DNA from: Sulfolobaceae archaeon
GTDB lineage: Archaea > Thermoproteota > Thermoprotei_A > Sulfolobales > Sulfolobaceae
Length of the DNA stretch: 64,000 nt
Reading direction: 5' to 3'
Assembly (NCBI GenBank): GCA_038893355.1
Contig: JAWARQ010000002.1
Span: forward strand, 160,001 to 224,000
Below are positions 9,451-19,996 of the stretch, in pieces; the first letter of the stretch is position 1; every line of letters starts with the position of its first letter. Made by a program: the position numbers and the translations under genes. The notes beneath the pieces are model-generated. The model searched no databases. It saw nothing but the letters and a program-made list of their open reading frames with translations, and had not been told where the DNA came from.

Positions 9451-10611
9451 GTGGAAATAAGTGGAGTAGCCGACTTACCACTACATAACGGTCATGTTCC
9501 TAAGTGGTTAGTACCAATTATGAAGAGATTAGCGAAAGCTATAATGGATATAATGTATCTTGAATTTGGCAGTGAAAAGATATTAGAAAGATTAGTTAAC
9601 CCGTTATGGTTTCAAGCGCTTAATAATGCTATAGGAATGGATTGGGATTCCTCGGGCTCCACAACAGTAACTCTAGGCATTCTGTCAGAAGTGTTAGATC
9701 CTATTGAACATGAAATGGTTATAGTAGGAGGCAAAGGCAAGAAGGCTAGACTAATTCCTAAACAGTTATCAGAATTATCGAAGAAAATACCAATTGATGC
9801 TGAAAAATATGCTAGAATAAGTAAATTAGTAGCTAGCGTTGATACAACATTATTACAAGATGGTTACCAACTCTACCATCAATCAATGATAATAACTGCC
9901 ACGGGAAAATGGGGAATAATACAACAAGGTATGAACTTAAGTACAAAATTTGCAAGAAGATATCATTGGTATAATCCGGTAAATTTCGTAGTAGAACCTC
10001 ACACTGCTATTTGCGGAATTAAGAAAAACGAAGTAATTAATTTAATCTCTCAAGAAGTTGAAAAAACTAGAAGATTAATTTTAGATTTAATCTCTCAAGA
10101 ACCAAGGAAAACCTTAAAAGAGTATTATGAAGCATTTAGGCTAATCAATAATACTCCTACTTTAGATTTATGGATAAATAATGCATCAATAATTGGACGA
10201 TCTAGAGTGAAGAGATTACTGTATTTCAAGCCAGTATCAATCGATAAAGTTGTTAAAGTTCTTACTAAGCTTAACCAATTAAAACCTAAAAACTTAGAAG
10301 AAGCGCTACTAAATGGACTAGGACCTTCTACTACTAGAGCATTATCATTAATTGCAGACTTGATATATAATGAACCACCATCTTATGAAGATCCAGTTAA
10401 TTATAGTTATGATCCGTTTAAATATGCATATACAATAGGCGGAAAAGATGGGATACCATTTCCAATTGATAGAAAAGTTGCTGAGGAAGTTATAGTCACT
10501 TTAGAAGATTTAATTACTAGGGCAAAATTAGATATTAAAGATAAAAACTTAGCAACAAAAAGGCTTAAAAATTTGTTAAAAATTTTATCTAATTCCTTCA
10601 ATATGCTTTAA
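9451..10611 (+). CDS. DUF763 family protein
   Basis: ADLPLHNGHVP, GMDWDSSGSTT, QDGYQLYH, GGKDGIPFP. Confidence 0.88.
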   Translation: MEISGVADLPLHNGHVPKWLVPIMKRLAKAIMDIMYLEFGSEKILERLVNPLWFQALNNAIGMDWDSSGSTTVTLGILSEVLDPIEHEMVIVGGKGKKARLIPKQLSELSKKIPIDAEKYARISKLVASVDTTLLQDGYQLYHQSMIITATGKWGIIQQGMNLSTKFARRYHWYNPVNFVVEPHTAICGIKKNEVINLISQEVEKTRRLILDLISQEPRKTLKEYYEAFRLINNTPTLDLWINNASIIGRSRVKRLLYFKPVSIDKVVKVLTKLNQLKPKNLEEALLNGLGPSTTRALSLIADLIYNEPPSYEDPVNYSYDPFKYAYTIGGKDGIPFPIDRKVAEEVIVTLEDLITRAKLDIKDKNLATKRLKNLLKILSNSFNML

Positions 10612-10785
10612 ATATTTTTCTATCGCGTCTCTTATTAACTCACTCCTATTTTGAAATCCTAACTCTTTAACAAGGAAGTCTAGTTTCTGCATAATCTCCT
10701 CATCTAACTTAAAAGTTACAGTAACTGTATTAGGAGTTAATTCTATTTCAAAGCTGTTTGAATCTATTTGCCTCACTTTTTCCAT
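10585..10785 (-). CDS. ribbon-helix-helix (CopG) regulator
   Basis: TVTFKLDEE...LD...NRSELIRDAIEKYL. Confidence 0.85.
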   Translation of the reverse strand: MEKVRQIDSNSFEIELTPNTVTVTFKLDEEIMQKLDFLVKELGFQNRSELIRDAIEKYLKHIEGIR

Positions 10786-10958
10786 TTCAACACCACTTCT
10801 AGCAATAACACTGTAATTGATAATATTATCTTGCCTAGAAAGTTAATAAGAGAAATGGATTACGTTTAAAAACACTTAGTCAAGTTCTAGATATATTTAA
10901 ACCATAAAGAAGGGGCTTAATTATTTAAATACTACTAACGTAATAAGATATCAAATTT

Positions 10959-13097
10959 ATGAGTTCTTCATATAGTGTAGAATTATTAGAGATAGATGAT
11001 AGAGTAAAAAAAATTCTTAGAATGCGAGGTATAGAAAACTTAAATCCAGTTCAGACTGAGGCTATAAAAAGGGGTTTACTTAATGGTAAAAGTTTATTAC
11101 TAGCATCTCCTACAGGTTCTGGTAAGACGTTAATAGCAGAGCTTGGAATTATATCTTTTCTCTTAAAAAATAAAGGACTTAAAGCTGTTTATGTTACCCC
11201 TTTAAGGTCTCTTACTTCTGAAAAGTACCAGACATTCAAAGTATGGGAAGAGTTAGGTTTTAGAGTCGCAATGTCATCTGGCGACTATGATAGTGATGAC
11301 GAATGGTTACAAGAATATGATATAATAGTAACAACTTATGAGAAACTTGACTCGTTATGGAGACATAGACCTAGGTGGATAAAGGATGTAGGGTATTTTG
11401 TACTTGACGAGCTCCATTATATAAACGATATGGAAAGAGGTCCGATTATAGAGGCAGTAGCAATAAGAGCTAAGAAATATACAGTATTGGCGTTAAGCGC
11501 AACTATTAGTAATTATGTTGAGATAGCTAGATGGTTAGGGGCAGAACCAATCTATATAAATTGGAGACCAGTACCCTTAATAGAGGGTGTTGTATACCCT
11601 GAAGGGAAAGATTTCGTAGTTATTTATAATGATAATAGTGTCCAAAGAATTAAGGGCAATGATGCAATAATAGCTTGTACTTTACACTCATTAAGAAAAA
11701 ATGGTCAAGTACTTATTTTTAGGAATTCTCGGAAAATGACAGAAAGTACTGCAATAAAAATATCACAGTACCTCAACTTCTTGGATTTTAATTACGAAGA
11801 ACTATATAAACTTTCAGAGGAAATAAAGAATATCGAAGATGCAGGATTTAGTGAAGTTACCCTATTATCTAGCCTTATAAAGAAGGGTGTCGCTTACCAT
11901 CATGCAGGATTATCAAAAACTCTAAGAGATTTCATAGAAAATGCGTTCAGAAGAAGATTATTAAAGGTGATTGTAGCAACACCAACTCTTGCTGCAGGAG
12001 TAAATTTACCAGCTAGAACTGTAATAATAGGTGACATTTATAGGTTTAATAGAAAACTGTTAGGATTTAACGAGCAAATAAGTATAATGGAATATAAACA
12101 AATGAGCGGAAGAGCTGGAAGGCCAGGATATGATGAAATTGGAGAATCAATTATAGTAGTCAGAGATAAAAGAATGGCTTTTGAGGTATTTAAGAAATAT
12201 ATAAATTCAAAGCCAGAACCTTTAGAATCGAGATTAGGTTCTGAAAAACCCTTTTTTAGTTTTGTCCTAGGAGAATTATCAGTACTAGGCAGGGTAGAAA
12301 GTAAGGAATTATATGAACATTTATTACAGACCTTACTGCCAAAAACTTTAATAGAAAAATATTTCCAAAAAGCAATTAATTGGTTAAACGAAAACGAATT
12401 TATTAAGATAATTGAGAATAAAATAGAATTAACGAAATTTGGTAAAAGAGTTGCTGATTTATATATAAATCCTTTTACTGCACAAATTTATAAAGAAAAA
12501 TTGTTATTAAAAAATGAAAAACCTTGTGAAATCGCTTATCTCCACTTATTTTCAATAACACCAGATAGTCCAAAATTATATATTAGCGAAAAAGAGATAG
12601 AAAAGATATCGGCAGAAGTAGATTGCGAATTATTTGTTGAAGAACCAGATGAAGAAACAGATGAATATTATGATTTTTATTCTGCGCTAAAACTTTCATT
12701 AATTGTTAGGGATTGGATTGAAGAAGTTGACGAAAATGTTATTTTAGAGAAATATGGTATTGGTTCAGGGGATTTAAGAAGTATAATTGAGAGTATGGAT
12801 TGGCTTAGCTATAGTGCGTTTAATATTGCAAACATACTTGAATTAAAAGATCACTATGAAAAATTAAAAATAATTAACTTAAGAATAAAAGATGGTGTAA
12901 GAGAAGAATTATTAGAACTAGTTAAAGTACCATATATAGGAAGAAAAAGAGCTAGGATTTTATATAACAATGGAATAACTAATATAGATGATATTATTAA
13001 TAATCAAAATAAGGTAAAATCATTATTAGGTGAAAAAATTGGAGAGAAAATCATTCAAGAAGCTACAAGATTATATTCTAGACTTTATAGAATCTAA
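10959..13097 (+). CDS. hel308: Hel308/Hjm Ski2-like DNA helicase
   Basis: PTGSGKT, DELH, SAT, HHAGL, TLAAGVNLPA, QMSGRAGRPG, C-terminal HhH. Confidence 0.95.
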   Translation: MSSSYSVELLEIDDRVKKILRMRGIENLNPVQTEAIKRGLLNGKSLLLASPTGSGKTLIAELGIISFLLKNKGLKAVYVTPLRSLTSEKYQTFKVWEELGFRVAMSSGDYDSDDEWLQEYDIIVTTYEKLDSLWRHRPRWIKDVGYFVLDELHYINDMERGPIIEAVAIRAKKYTVLALSATISNYVEIARWLGAEPIYINWRPVPLIEGVVYPEGKDFVVIYNDNSVQRIKGNDAIIACTLHSLRKNGQVLIFRNSRKMTESTAIKISQYLNFLDFNYEELYKLSEEIKNIEDAGFSEVTLLSSLIKKGVAYHHAGLSKTLRDFIENAFRRRLLKVIVATPTLAAGVNLPARTVIIGDIYRFNRKLLGFNEQISIMEYKQMSGRAGRPGYDEIGESIIVVRDKRMAFEVFKKYINSKPEPLESRLGSEKPFFSFVLGELSVLGRVESKELYEHLLQTLLPKTLIEKYFQKAINWLNENEFIKIIENKIELTKFGKRVADLYINPFTAQIYKEKLLLKNEKPCEIAYLHLFSITPDSPKLYISEKEIEKISAEVDCELFVEEPDEETDEYYDFYSALKLSLIVRDWIEEVDENVILEKYGIGSGDLRSIIESMDWLSYSAFNIANILELKDHYEKLKIINLRIKDGVREELLELVKVPYIGRKRARILYNNGITNIDDIINNQNKVKSLLGEKIGEKIIQEATRLYSRLYRI

Positions 13098-13239
13098 AAA
13101 TAGTGATGAAAAAGTATATGTAATGAACTGTAATGATGCAAAGAAGTTAAGTAAAATACTCCTTGCAATTGGCCAAAAACCTATAATTGAAACTCTCCCT
13201 ACAGATGAATGTATAGTAAAAGTTACTAAAAGGTTATAG
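13030..13239 (+). CDS. small hypothetical protein
   Basis: fills the gap between hel308 and pccB; start uncertain because it overlaps hel308. Confidence 0.5.
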   Translation: MKKLERKSFKKLQDYILDFIESKNSDEKVYVMNCNDAKKLSKILLAIGQKPIIETLPTDECIVKVTKRL

Positions 13240-14826
13240 TTATAGAGGAATGTTACCATGCTTCTTTGGATATCTAAATTCTCTTTTATTTCTCAACATC
13301 TGTAAAGCCCTATAGATTATCTTTCTAGTATCTTTTGGCTCTATTACATCGTCTATAAGACCTTTTTCTGCAGCCCAATAAGGATTTGCAAATAGCTTTT
13401 TATATTCTGTAATTTTCTCCTTTATAAATTCTTCAGGATTTTTAGAATTCTGAATTTCTCTTCTATATAATATTCTTACTGCACCTTCTGGTCCCGTAAC
13501 TGCTATTTCTGCAGTAGGCCATGCATATACCAAATCTGCCCCTAAACTTTTAATACTCATTGCTATATGAGCGCCACCATAAGATTTTCTAACTATTATT
13601 GTTATTTTAGGAACAGTAGCTTCGGCAAAAGCATAAAGCATTTTAGCCCCATGCCTTATAATCCCCTTATACTCTTGTTCAGTGCCAGGAACATAGCCTG
13701 GTGTATCAACTAGGCTAATAAGCGGTATATTAAATGCATCACAAAATCTTATAAATCGAGCGGCCTTGTCAGCTGCATCAACATCAATAGCACCACCATA
13801 ATTAAGAGGATTATTAGCTACAATTCCTATAACTTGCCCGCCAATTCTAGCAAATCCTACCACTATATTATCTGCCCAATATTTATGAACCTCTAAAAAT
13901 TCTTGATTATCTACTATACGATATATCACGTCCCTTATATTAAACGGTTTAATTGAATCAGTAGGTACAATTTCTTCTAAACCACTAACCTCTCTTTCTG
14001 GATCATCACCAGTATCAATAAAGGGTGGTTCTTCCATATTGTTAGATGGTAAGTAAGATAGAAGCTTTTTTGCTATATTTATAGCATCTCTTTCATCTTC
14101 CGCGACAAAATGAACTACACCAGACTTGGTAGCATGAACTATTGCACCACCAAGTTCTTGATAGGAGACCTCTTCACCTAAAGATACCTTAGTAATTTCT
14201 GGACCGGTTACAAACATATAGTATGCATCACCCTTTATCATTATTATAAAATCTGTTAATGCAGGAGAATATACAGCACCACCTGCTGCTGGACCTGCCA
14301 TTATTGTTATTTGTGGTATTACTCCAGACGCCATAACATTCATCTTAAATACAGCACCATAACCTTCTAATGATAGAGCACCTTCTTGTATTCTCGCACC
14401 TCCAGAGTCATTAATTCCTACCACAGGAGCACCAACTTTCAATGCCATTTCGTATATTCTTACTATCTTACTTGCATGAACTTCACCTAAACTTCCACCT
14501 AAAACTGTAAAATCTTGTGCATAAGCAAAAACTAACCTTCCATCGATCTTTCCCCATCCAGCTATTACTCCATCCCCGTAATATCTATTTTTATCTAATC
14601 CAAATTCTGTGGTTCTAGTTGTTGCAAAAGTCATAATTTCTTGGAACGATCCTTCATCAAATAATAATGAAAGTCTTTCTCTTGCAGTTAATTTATTTTT
14701 ACTATGCTGGAATTTAATCCTTTCCTCCCCACCTCCTAAATATGCCCTTGATTTCAGTCTACGTAATTCTTCAATCAATTCGTTAAAGTCACGCTTCTTA
14801 TCTAATTGAGTAGTCATAACCCTCAT
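13240..14826 (-). CDS. pccB: acetyl-/propionyl-CoA carboxylase carboxyltransferase subunit
   Basis: DSGGARIQEG, AGGAVYSPALTDF, GIIRHGAK, KKHGNIPL. Confidence 0.95.
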   Translation of the reverse strand: MRVMTTQLDKKRDFNELIEELRRLKSRAYLGGGEERIKFQHSKNKLTARERLSLLFDEGSFQEIMTFATTRTTEFGLDKNRYYGDGVIAGWGKIDGRLVFAYAQDFTVLGGSLGEVHASKIVRIYEMALKVGAPVVGINDSGGARIQEGALSLEGYGAVFKMNVMASGVIPQITIMAGPAAGGAVYSPALTDFIIMIKGDAYYMFVTGPEITKVSLGEEVSYQELGGAIVHATKSGVVHFVAEDERDAINIAKKLLSYLPSNNMEEPPFIDTGDDPEREVSGLEEIVPTDSIKPFNIRDVIYRIVDNQEFLEVHKYWADNIVVGFARIGGQVIGIVANNPLNYGGAIDVDAADKAARFIRFCDAFNIPLISLVDTPGYVPGTEQEYKGIIRHGAKMLYAFAEATVPKITIIVRKSYGGAHIAMSIKSLGADLVYAWPTAEIAVTGPEGAVRILYRREIQNSKNPEEFIKEKITEYKKLFANPYWAAEKGLIDDVIEPKDTRKIIYRALQMLRNKREFRYPKKHGNIPL

Positions 14827-14886
14827 TTACGATTACTTAACTCTACTATATAAATTTTTATCCTATAAACAATAGAATTTTTATCA

Positions 14887-15444
14887 TTATTTAATTATTA
14901 ATAATATATCACCTTTCTTTACACTCTGTCCAACCCTTACTAAGATCTTCTGTATAACTCCACTAATTGGAGATGATATAATGGTCTCTGACTTCATAGA
15001 CTCGATTGATAACAAAGGTTGCCCTTTTACCACAGCATCGCCTTCTTTTACTCTTAAACTTACAATTCTACCATAAATTGGCGAAATAATCTCACCCTTC
15101 TTACTACTAATTAATTCTTGTAATGAAACTTCTTTCTCTTCATATTTTTCTTGAATATTCGAGATTCTTAATATTTCATTATTAACTATAATTTGATTAA
15201 AATTCTCTATAAAAACTCTATGAACTTCACCATTTATTTCAATTAAGAATTCATTATCTCTAGTTCCTTTTTGTAAAATTCTTGCTCTATACACACCACT
15301 TAATGTCTCGAATTTAAGATACTCACCATCTATACTATAAGTTAGGACATACTCATCACCAGTTTCAGTGGTTACTTTATATACTTTCCTCATTACCACA
15401 TCACCCTCGTGGTAGATTGCATTACTAAACCTTGTCTCTTCCAT
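14887..15444 (-). CDS. accB: biotin carboxyl carrier protein; likely start at 15393
   Basis: IESMKSE biotinylation motif; lies between the carboxylase subunits. Confidence 0.92.
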   Translation of the reverse strand: MEETRFSNAIYHEGDVVMRKVYKVTTETGDEYVLTYSIDGEYLKFETLSGVYRARILQKGTRDNEFLIEINGEVHRVFIENFNQIIVNNEILRISNIQEKYEEKEVSLQELISSKKGEIISPIYGRIVSLRVKEGDAVVKGQPLLSIESMKSETIISSPISGVIQKILVRVGQSVKKGDILLIIK

Positions 15445-16931
15445 GCACTCATTCTATCAACATTCCTATAGCTACTCTTTACCTCTTTATGAAAACTTAG
15501 TTTAATTTGAGATTGTGAGTATAATACAAGATAACTTATTACTTTCATTTCTTCTCTTTTCTTTAATTCTTCTAGAAAAACTGGCATTTTTTCCGAAATA
15601 TAATTTGTAGTAAATTTGCCTTCAATAAAATCTTTATCATTAATTATTAGTTTATATAATGGAATTATAGTCTTTATTCCACTAATCTTATACTCGTCTA
15701 AAGCCCTTCTAGCTATTTGAATAGCAGTAGCCCTATCTTTCCCATAAACCATTAACTTAGATATCATAGAGTCATAATAAGGAGGAACATAACTTCCTAG
15801 ATCTACTCCACTATCCACTCTTATCCCAGGCCCTGAAGGTTCTTTATAATAGGTAATATATCCGGAACTACCTGCAAAGTTATTTAGAGGATCTTCTGCA
15901 TTAATTCTAAATTCAATTGCATGCCCACGTATTTTAATATCTTCTTGAGAATAAGGTAAATATTCTCCTGCTGCTAATTTAATTTGTAATTTAACTAAAT
16001 CTATCCCTGTTATTAATTCAGTTATACCATGCTCAACTTGAAGTCTCTTATTTATTTCTAAAAAGTAAAATTCCCTACTTACTTCAGAATAAACAAACTC
16101 CATAGTTCCTAATGTGTAATAACCTATTGCCTTACCAAACCTTATTGAGGCTTCAATTAATTCTTTCCTTTTTTCATTATCAAGAATAGGAGACGGTGCT
16201 TCTTCAATTAACTTCTGATTTCTTCTTTGAATAGTGCATTCCCTCTCATATGCAACCACATAATTACCATACTTATCACCAATCAGTTGAGCTTCTATAT
16301 GCCTTGGCTTCACTGCCATTTTCTCTATATATATTTCTGATTTACCAAATGCTTGAAGGGCAAGTCTTCTGCTTCTTTCAAATGCTTCTTTTAACTCTTC
16401 TACATTTTCTACTTTTATTATACCAATACCTCCGCCACCGTAAGATGCTTTTATCATAATAGGGAATCCTATTTTCTCGGCAATCTTTATTGCATCATCT
16501 ACACTCTCGACAGGACCATCAGATCCTGGAGAAACTGGAACTCCTGCATTTTTCGCAATCATTTTTCCCTCGAGTTTACTCTTTATTTTTCTCATTACGT
16601 AAGATGGTGGTCCAATAAATGTCATTCCTGCCTTCTCTACAGCCTCTGCAAATTCAGCATTTTCAGATAAGAATCCATAGCCAGGATGCACAGCATCTGC
16701 ATGAGCCCTTTCTGCTGCATCTATTATTCTCTGTATATTCAAATAACTTTCCAATGCAGGTGATGGTCCTATATAATAGGCTTCATCGGCATATTTAACA
16801 TGCAACGAATTTTTATCAGCATCTGAATATACAGCGACAGCTTTCATCCCCATCTCTTTTACAGCTCTCATTATACGTATTGCTATCTCTCCCCTATTTG
16901 CAATAAGAATCTTGTTAAACGGGGGCATCAA
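15393..16931 (-). CDS. accC: biotin carboxylase subunit
   Basis: ANRGEIA, HPGYGFLSEN, GGGGIG, RLQVEH, RINAED. Confidence 0.95.
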   Translation of the reverse strand: MMPPFNKILIANRGEIAIRIMRAVKEMGMKAVAVYSDADKNSLHVKYADEAYYIGPSPALESYLNIQRIIDAAERAHADAVHPGYGFLSENAEFAEAVEKAGMTFIGPPSYVMRKIKSKLEGKMIAKNAGVPVSPGSDGPVESVDDAIKIAEKIGFPIMIKASYGGGGIGIIKVENVEELKEAFERSRRLALQAFGKSEIYIEKMAVKPRHIEAQLIGDKYGNYVVAYERECTIQRRNQKLIEEAPSPILDNEKRKELIEASIRFGKAIGYYTLGTMEFVYSEVSREFYFLEINKRLQVEHGITELITGIDLVKLQIKLAAGEYLPYSQEDIKIRGHAIEFRINAEDPLNNFAGSSGYITYYKEPSGPGIRVDSGVDLGSYVPPYYDSMISKLMVYGKDRATAIQIARRALDEYKISGIKTIIPLYKLIINDKDFIEGKFTTNYISEKMPVFLEELKKREEMKVISYLVLYSQSQIKLSFHKEVKSSYRNVDRMSAWKRQGLVMQSTTRVMW

Positions 16932-17003
16932 TATATAAGGTTAATTCTGCCTTAAAAAGTTTTTACATTTGAATAAATATACATACAGTTAGAAAAAATA
17001 AGC

Positions 17004-17053
17004 TAAGCGCTCGCACATTTCTTCACCATTTCAGATCCCGGATTCCTCAGCAT
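17004..17053 (-). ncRNA. box C/D guide sRNA (S. acidocaldarius sR10-like)
   Basis: minus strand: C ATGCTGA, guide ggaatccgggat, D' CTGA, C' GTGAAGA, guide ending tgtgcgagcg, D CTTA; D' guide pairs with tRNA T-arm AUCCCGGGUUC. Confidence 0.75.
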
Positions 17054-17152
17054 TAATTACTTTTGTAAAATTGAGGAAAATAAAATTGAGTTCATAATTT
17101 TTATATTATTAAACAATTAATCTATATAATATATTTTAATTTTTTTACAAAA

Positions 17153-17863
17153 TTATGAAGAAAAACTTTTATTACGTAATGGTGTTAATAATTTATAAAG
17201 AATATCAATATACTCATAAAATTTTGGATCTTTAGAAGACCTTGGATATGGTAAATCTATTTTTACTTCTCCTATTAAAGTAGATGGGCTACCATTTAAC
17301 ACATAAACTCTATCAGCTATTTCCACAACTTCTTGAAGATTATGAGAAACAAGAACGGCTGATTCTAATGAAGATTCCTTATCAAATAGAATATTTCTTA
17401 TTTCTCTTCTAATTCCTTCTGCAGTTATCTCGTCTAAATGAGAAAAAGGTTCATCCAATAGCATAACAATTGGTTGTGCTGCTAATGCCCTAGCTATTGC
17501 AATTCGCTGTCTCATCCCTCCGCTCATTTGCTTAGGCGAAAGTTCTTCGAATCCATGAAGACCAACTAGATCTAACATTTTCCTTGCTATTCGATCTTCA
17601 TCCTCTTTACTCAATTTTAAATATTTTAATCCTAATTTTATATTTTCCAGTGCACTCATCCATGGAAAGGTTACAATAGACTGATGAACCAAAGCGATTT
17701 TAGGTGTAGGTTTACTTACTTCTTTACCTAACAATAGAACCTTACCCTTAGAGGGTTTTAAAAATCCTCCTAAAATCCTTAACAAAGTAGATTTACCAGA
17801 TCCTGATGGACCTATTATAGCCACAATTTCTTTCTTACTTGTGTATAAGTTTATATCATACAT
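17153..17863 (-). CDS. ABC transporter ATPase, NitT/TauT (nitrate/sulfonate) type
   Basis: GPSGSGKST, MSGGMRQR, LLDEPF; homologous frame continues upstream to about 17920. Confidence 0.88.
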   Translation of the reverse strand: MYDINLYTSKKEIVAIIGPSGSGKSTLLRILGGFLKPSKGKVLLLGKEVSKPTPKIALVHQSIVTFPWMSALENIKLGLKYLKLSKEDEDRIARKMLDLVGLHGFEELSPKQMSGGMRQRIAIARALAAQPIVMLLDEPFSHLDEITAEGIRREIRNILFDKESSLESAVLVSHNLQEVVEIADRVYVLNGSPSTLIGEVKIDLPYPRSSKDPKFYEYIDILYKLLTPLRNKSFSS

Positions 17864-18036
17864 TATAAGTTTAGTATCATATTTAAATTCAATATCTATA
17901 GCTTCTAAGATTCTTCCAACTTACCGGCCCCTTTTTAAAGCTTTCAAGATTCGCTTAAAAAACTTGCTAACTATTCTGTAATTTACAAACGTAAAAAGTT
18001 TATAAATCTAAAAGCATAATACTATTAGGTGAAAGA

Positions 18037-18318
18037 TTGGATCTAGCACCTACTGCAATAATAATTATAATAATTGTAGCGATAATATTATTTGGATCTT
18101 CAAAGATACCAGAATTATTTAGATCTCTTGGTAAGGCGATAGGTGAGTTTAGAAAAGGTAGAATGGAAGCAGAAATGGAGATGATGCAAATGCAACAACA
18201 ATTAGCTCCAAATTCGCCAACATTACAGAACCAAACCTCACAAGGATTAGAGGAAAAAATAAAACAACTTGAAAAGGAATTAGAGGAATTAAAGAAGCAA
18301 AAGAGTCAACAGTCATAA
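18037..18318 (+). CDS. tatA: Tat translocase subunit TatA
   Basis: TM helix followed by FGSSKIPELFRSLGKAIGEFRKG. Confidence 0.9.
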   Translation: MDLAPTAIIIIIIVAIILFGSSKIPELFRSLGKAIGEFRKGRMEAEMEMMQMQQQLAPNSPTLQNQTSQGLEEKIKQLEKELEELKKQKSQQS

Positions 18319-18337
18319 AGTTTTCGGTGTTTTTTAT

Positions 18338-18688
18338 ATGATAGGAGATATAACAGATTTTTTAATACTCTTACTCGTTGCAGTGTTATTATTTAGTGGA
18401 GATCCAAATATTAAAGAAACTGCAAAAACTTTAGGCAAAACACTTGGAGAATTAAGAAGGAGGCAAGTAGAGTTTACTAATGAGATAAAAAGAGAAATTC
18501 TAGAAGAAACTACAAACTCAATAAATAATGAATTAAATTTAAATACTAATAATGCTAATAGAATGATTTATATTAAACCAATATATTATCAAGATGAGGA
18601 TAAAATTAAATTACTTGAAGAGAGAATAAAACAACTACAAGAAGAAATTGAGAGGTTAAAGAATGAGCAAAGAAGAAAAGAGGTCTGA
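18338..18688 (+). CDS. TatA/TatB-like subunit
   Basis: TM helix plus amphipathic helix (AKTLGKTLGELRR); between tatA and tatC. Confidence 0.75.
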   Translation: MIGDITDFLILLLVAVLLFSGDPNIKETAKTLGKTLGELRRRQVEFTNEIKREILEETTNSINNELNLNTNNANRMIYIKPIYYQDEDKIKLLEERIKQLQEEIERLKNEQRRKEV

Positions 18689-19499
18689 AAATAAGACTAT
18701 CTTTGAAGAAAAACCACTTATAGAACATCTTAGAGAATTACTTATTAGACTTAGAAGAATTATAATTTATTTAATCTCTTTTACTGCAATTTATTTCTTT
18801 ATAGGAATATCTTATATAGAAGTGAATGGCCAAGAAATACCAATTCCAATCCCAGACTTATATAATAGTTTATCAATAATGCTAGTAAGATATCTTATTA
18901 CAACTACAGTACCTCAAGGTCTTAAATTAATAAATATTGGATTTATGGATACTATAATCTCCTCACTGTACGTTTCAATATACTTTGGTTTTATCACTAG
19001 CTTTCCACTGATATTGAGAGAAATCTGGGCATTTATAGCCCCTGGACTCTACGAGCATGAAAAGAAAATGCTGAGAAATCTTTTACTACCTTCAATATTA
19101 TTATTTGTATTAGGTTCTTTATTTGCATATTATATTATAGTACCACTAATGTTAAAATTTCTCTACTACTATACAATAGCTTTTCAAGTTGAACCTACAC
19201 TTAGTATAAGATCTTTTATTGGGACTATAATCTCTCTTATGATAGGAACTGGTATTGCATTTCAATTGCCTCTATTTATGATAATATTAACTATGATAGG
19301 CTTAGTTAAATCTCAAACTTGGAGAAAATATTGGAGATATGGAATTTTTGCAGGATGGCTAATAGCTTGGATAATTTCACCAGGTACTACTGGAGGATTA
19401 GTAGAAAGCATGATTGCGCTTACCTTAAATTCCCTTTATTTAAGCGGAATTTATTTTTCAAGATATGTAGAAAAAAGAAGAAATAAAAATAAAAAATAG
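18663..19499 (+). CDS. tatC: Tat translocase subunit TatC
   Basis: PLIEHLRELLIRL, FIAPGLYEHEK, AFQLP; multiple TM segments. Confidence 0.93.
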   Translation: MSKEEKRSENKTIFEEKPLIEHLRELLIRLRRIIIYLISFTAIYFFIGISYIEVNGQEIPIPIPDLYNSLSIMLVRYLITTTVPQGLKLINIGFMDTIISSLYVSIYFGFITSFPLILREIWAFIAPGLYEHEKKMLRNLLLPSILLFVLGSLFAYYIIVPLMLKFLYYYTIAFQVEPTLSIRSFIGTIISLMIGTGIAFQLPLFMIILTMIGLVKSQTWRKYWRYGIFAGWLIAWIISPGTTGGLVESMIALTLNSLYLSGIYFSRYVEKRRNKNKK

Positions 19500-19501
19500 G
19501 T

Positions 19502-19996
19502 TCATAATATTTTATTTAGCTTATTTAAATAATTTATTAAACCTCCTGCTTTAAGTATTTCTAGAGCCATACCAGTAATTCCTTTACCTTGAAGCTTAAT
19601 CTTATTATTAACTTCTATTTCACCAGTTTCTATATTAACTCTAACGTAATCGCCCTCACTAATTAAGTTCTTAGCATTTGGTAAAGTTATTACTGGTAAG
19701 CCATTATTTATAGCATTCCTATAAAATATTCTTGCAAATGATTCCGCTATTATCAATTTAACACCTGCTGCCTTTAATGCTATTGCAGCCTGCTCCCTAG
19801 AAGAACCCATTCCAAAGACCTTACCAGCTACTAAAACAACTCCTTGTGAAGCCTTTTTATAGAATTCTGGATCTAAGGGTTCCATTGCGTGTTGGGCTAA
19901 GTAATTTGGATCTGTATACTTTAAGTATTTTGCCGGTATTATTATATCTGTATCTATTTTATCACCAAACTTTAATACCTTTCCTTCTACTATCAT
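19502..19996 (-). CDS. leuD: 3-isopropylmalate dehydratase small subunit
   Basis: [37 protein letters not shown]. Confidence 0.88.
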   Translation of the reverse strand: MIVEGKVLKFGDKIDTDIIIPAKYLKYTDPNYLAQHAMEPLDPEFYKKASQGVVLVAGKVFGMGSSREQAAIALKAAGVKLIIAESFARIFYRNAINNGLPVITLPNAKNLISEGDYVRVNIETGEIEVNNKIKLQGKGITGMALEILKAGGLINYLNKLNKIL

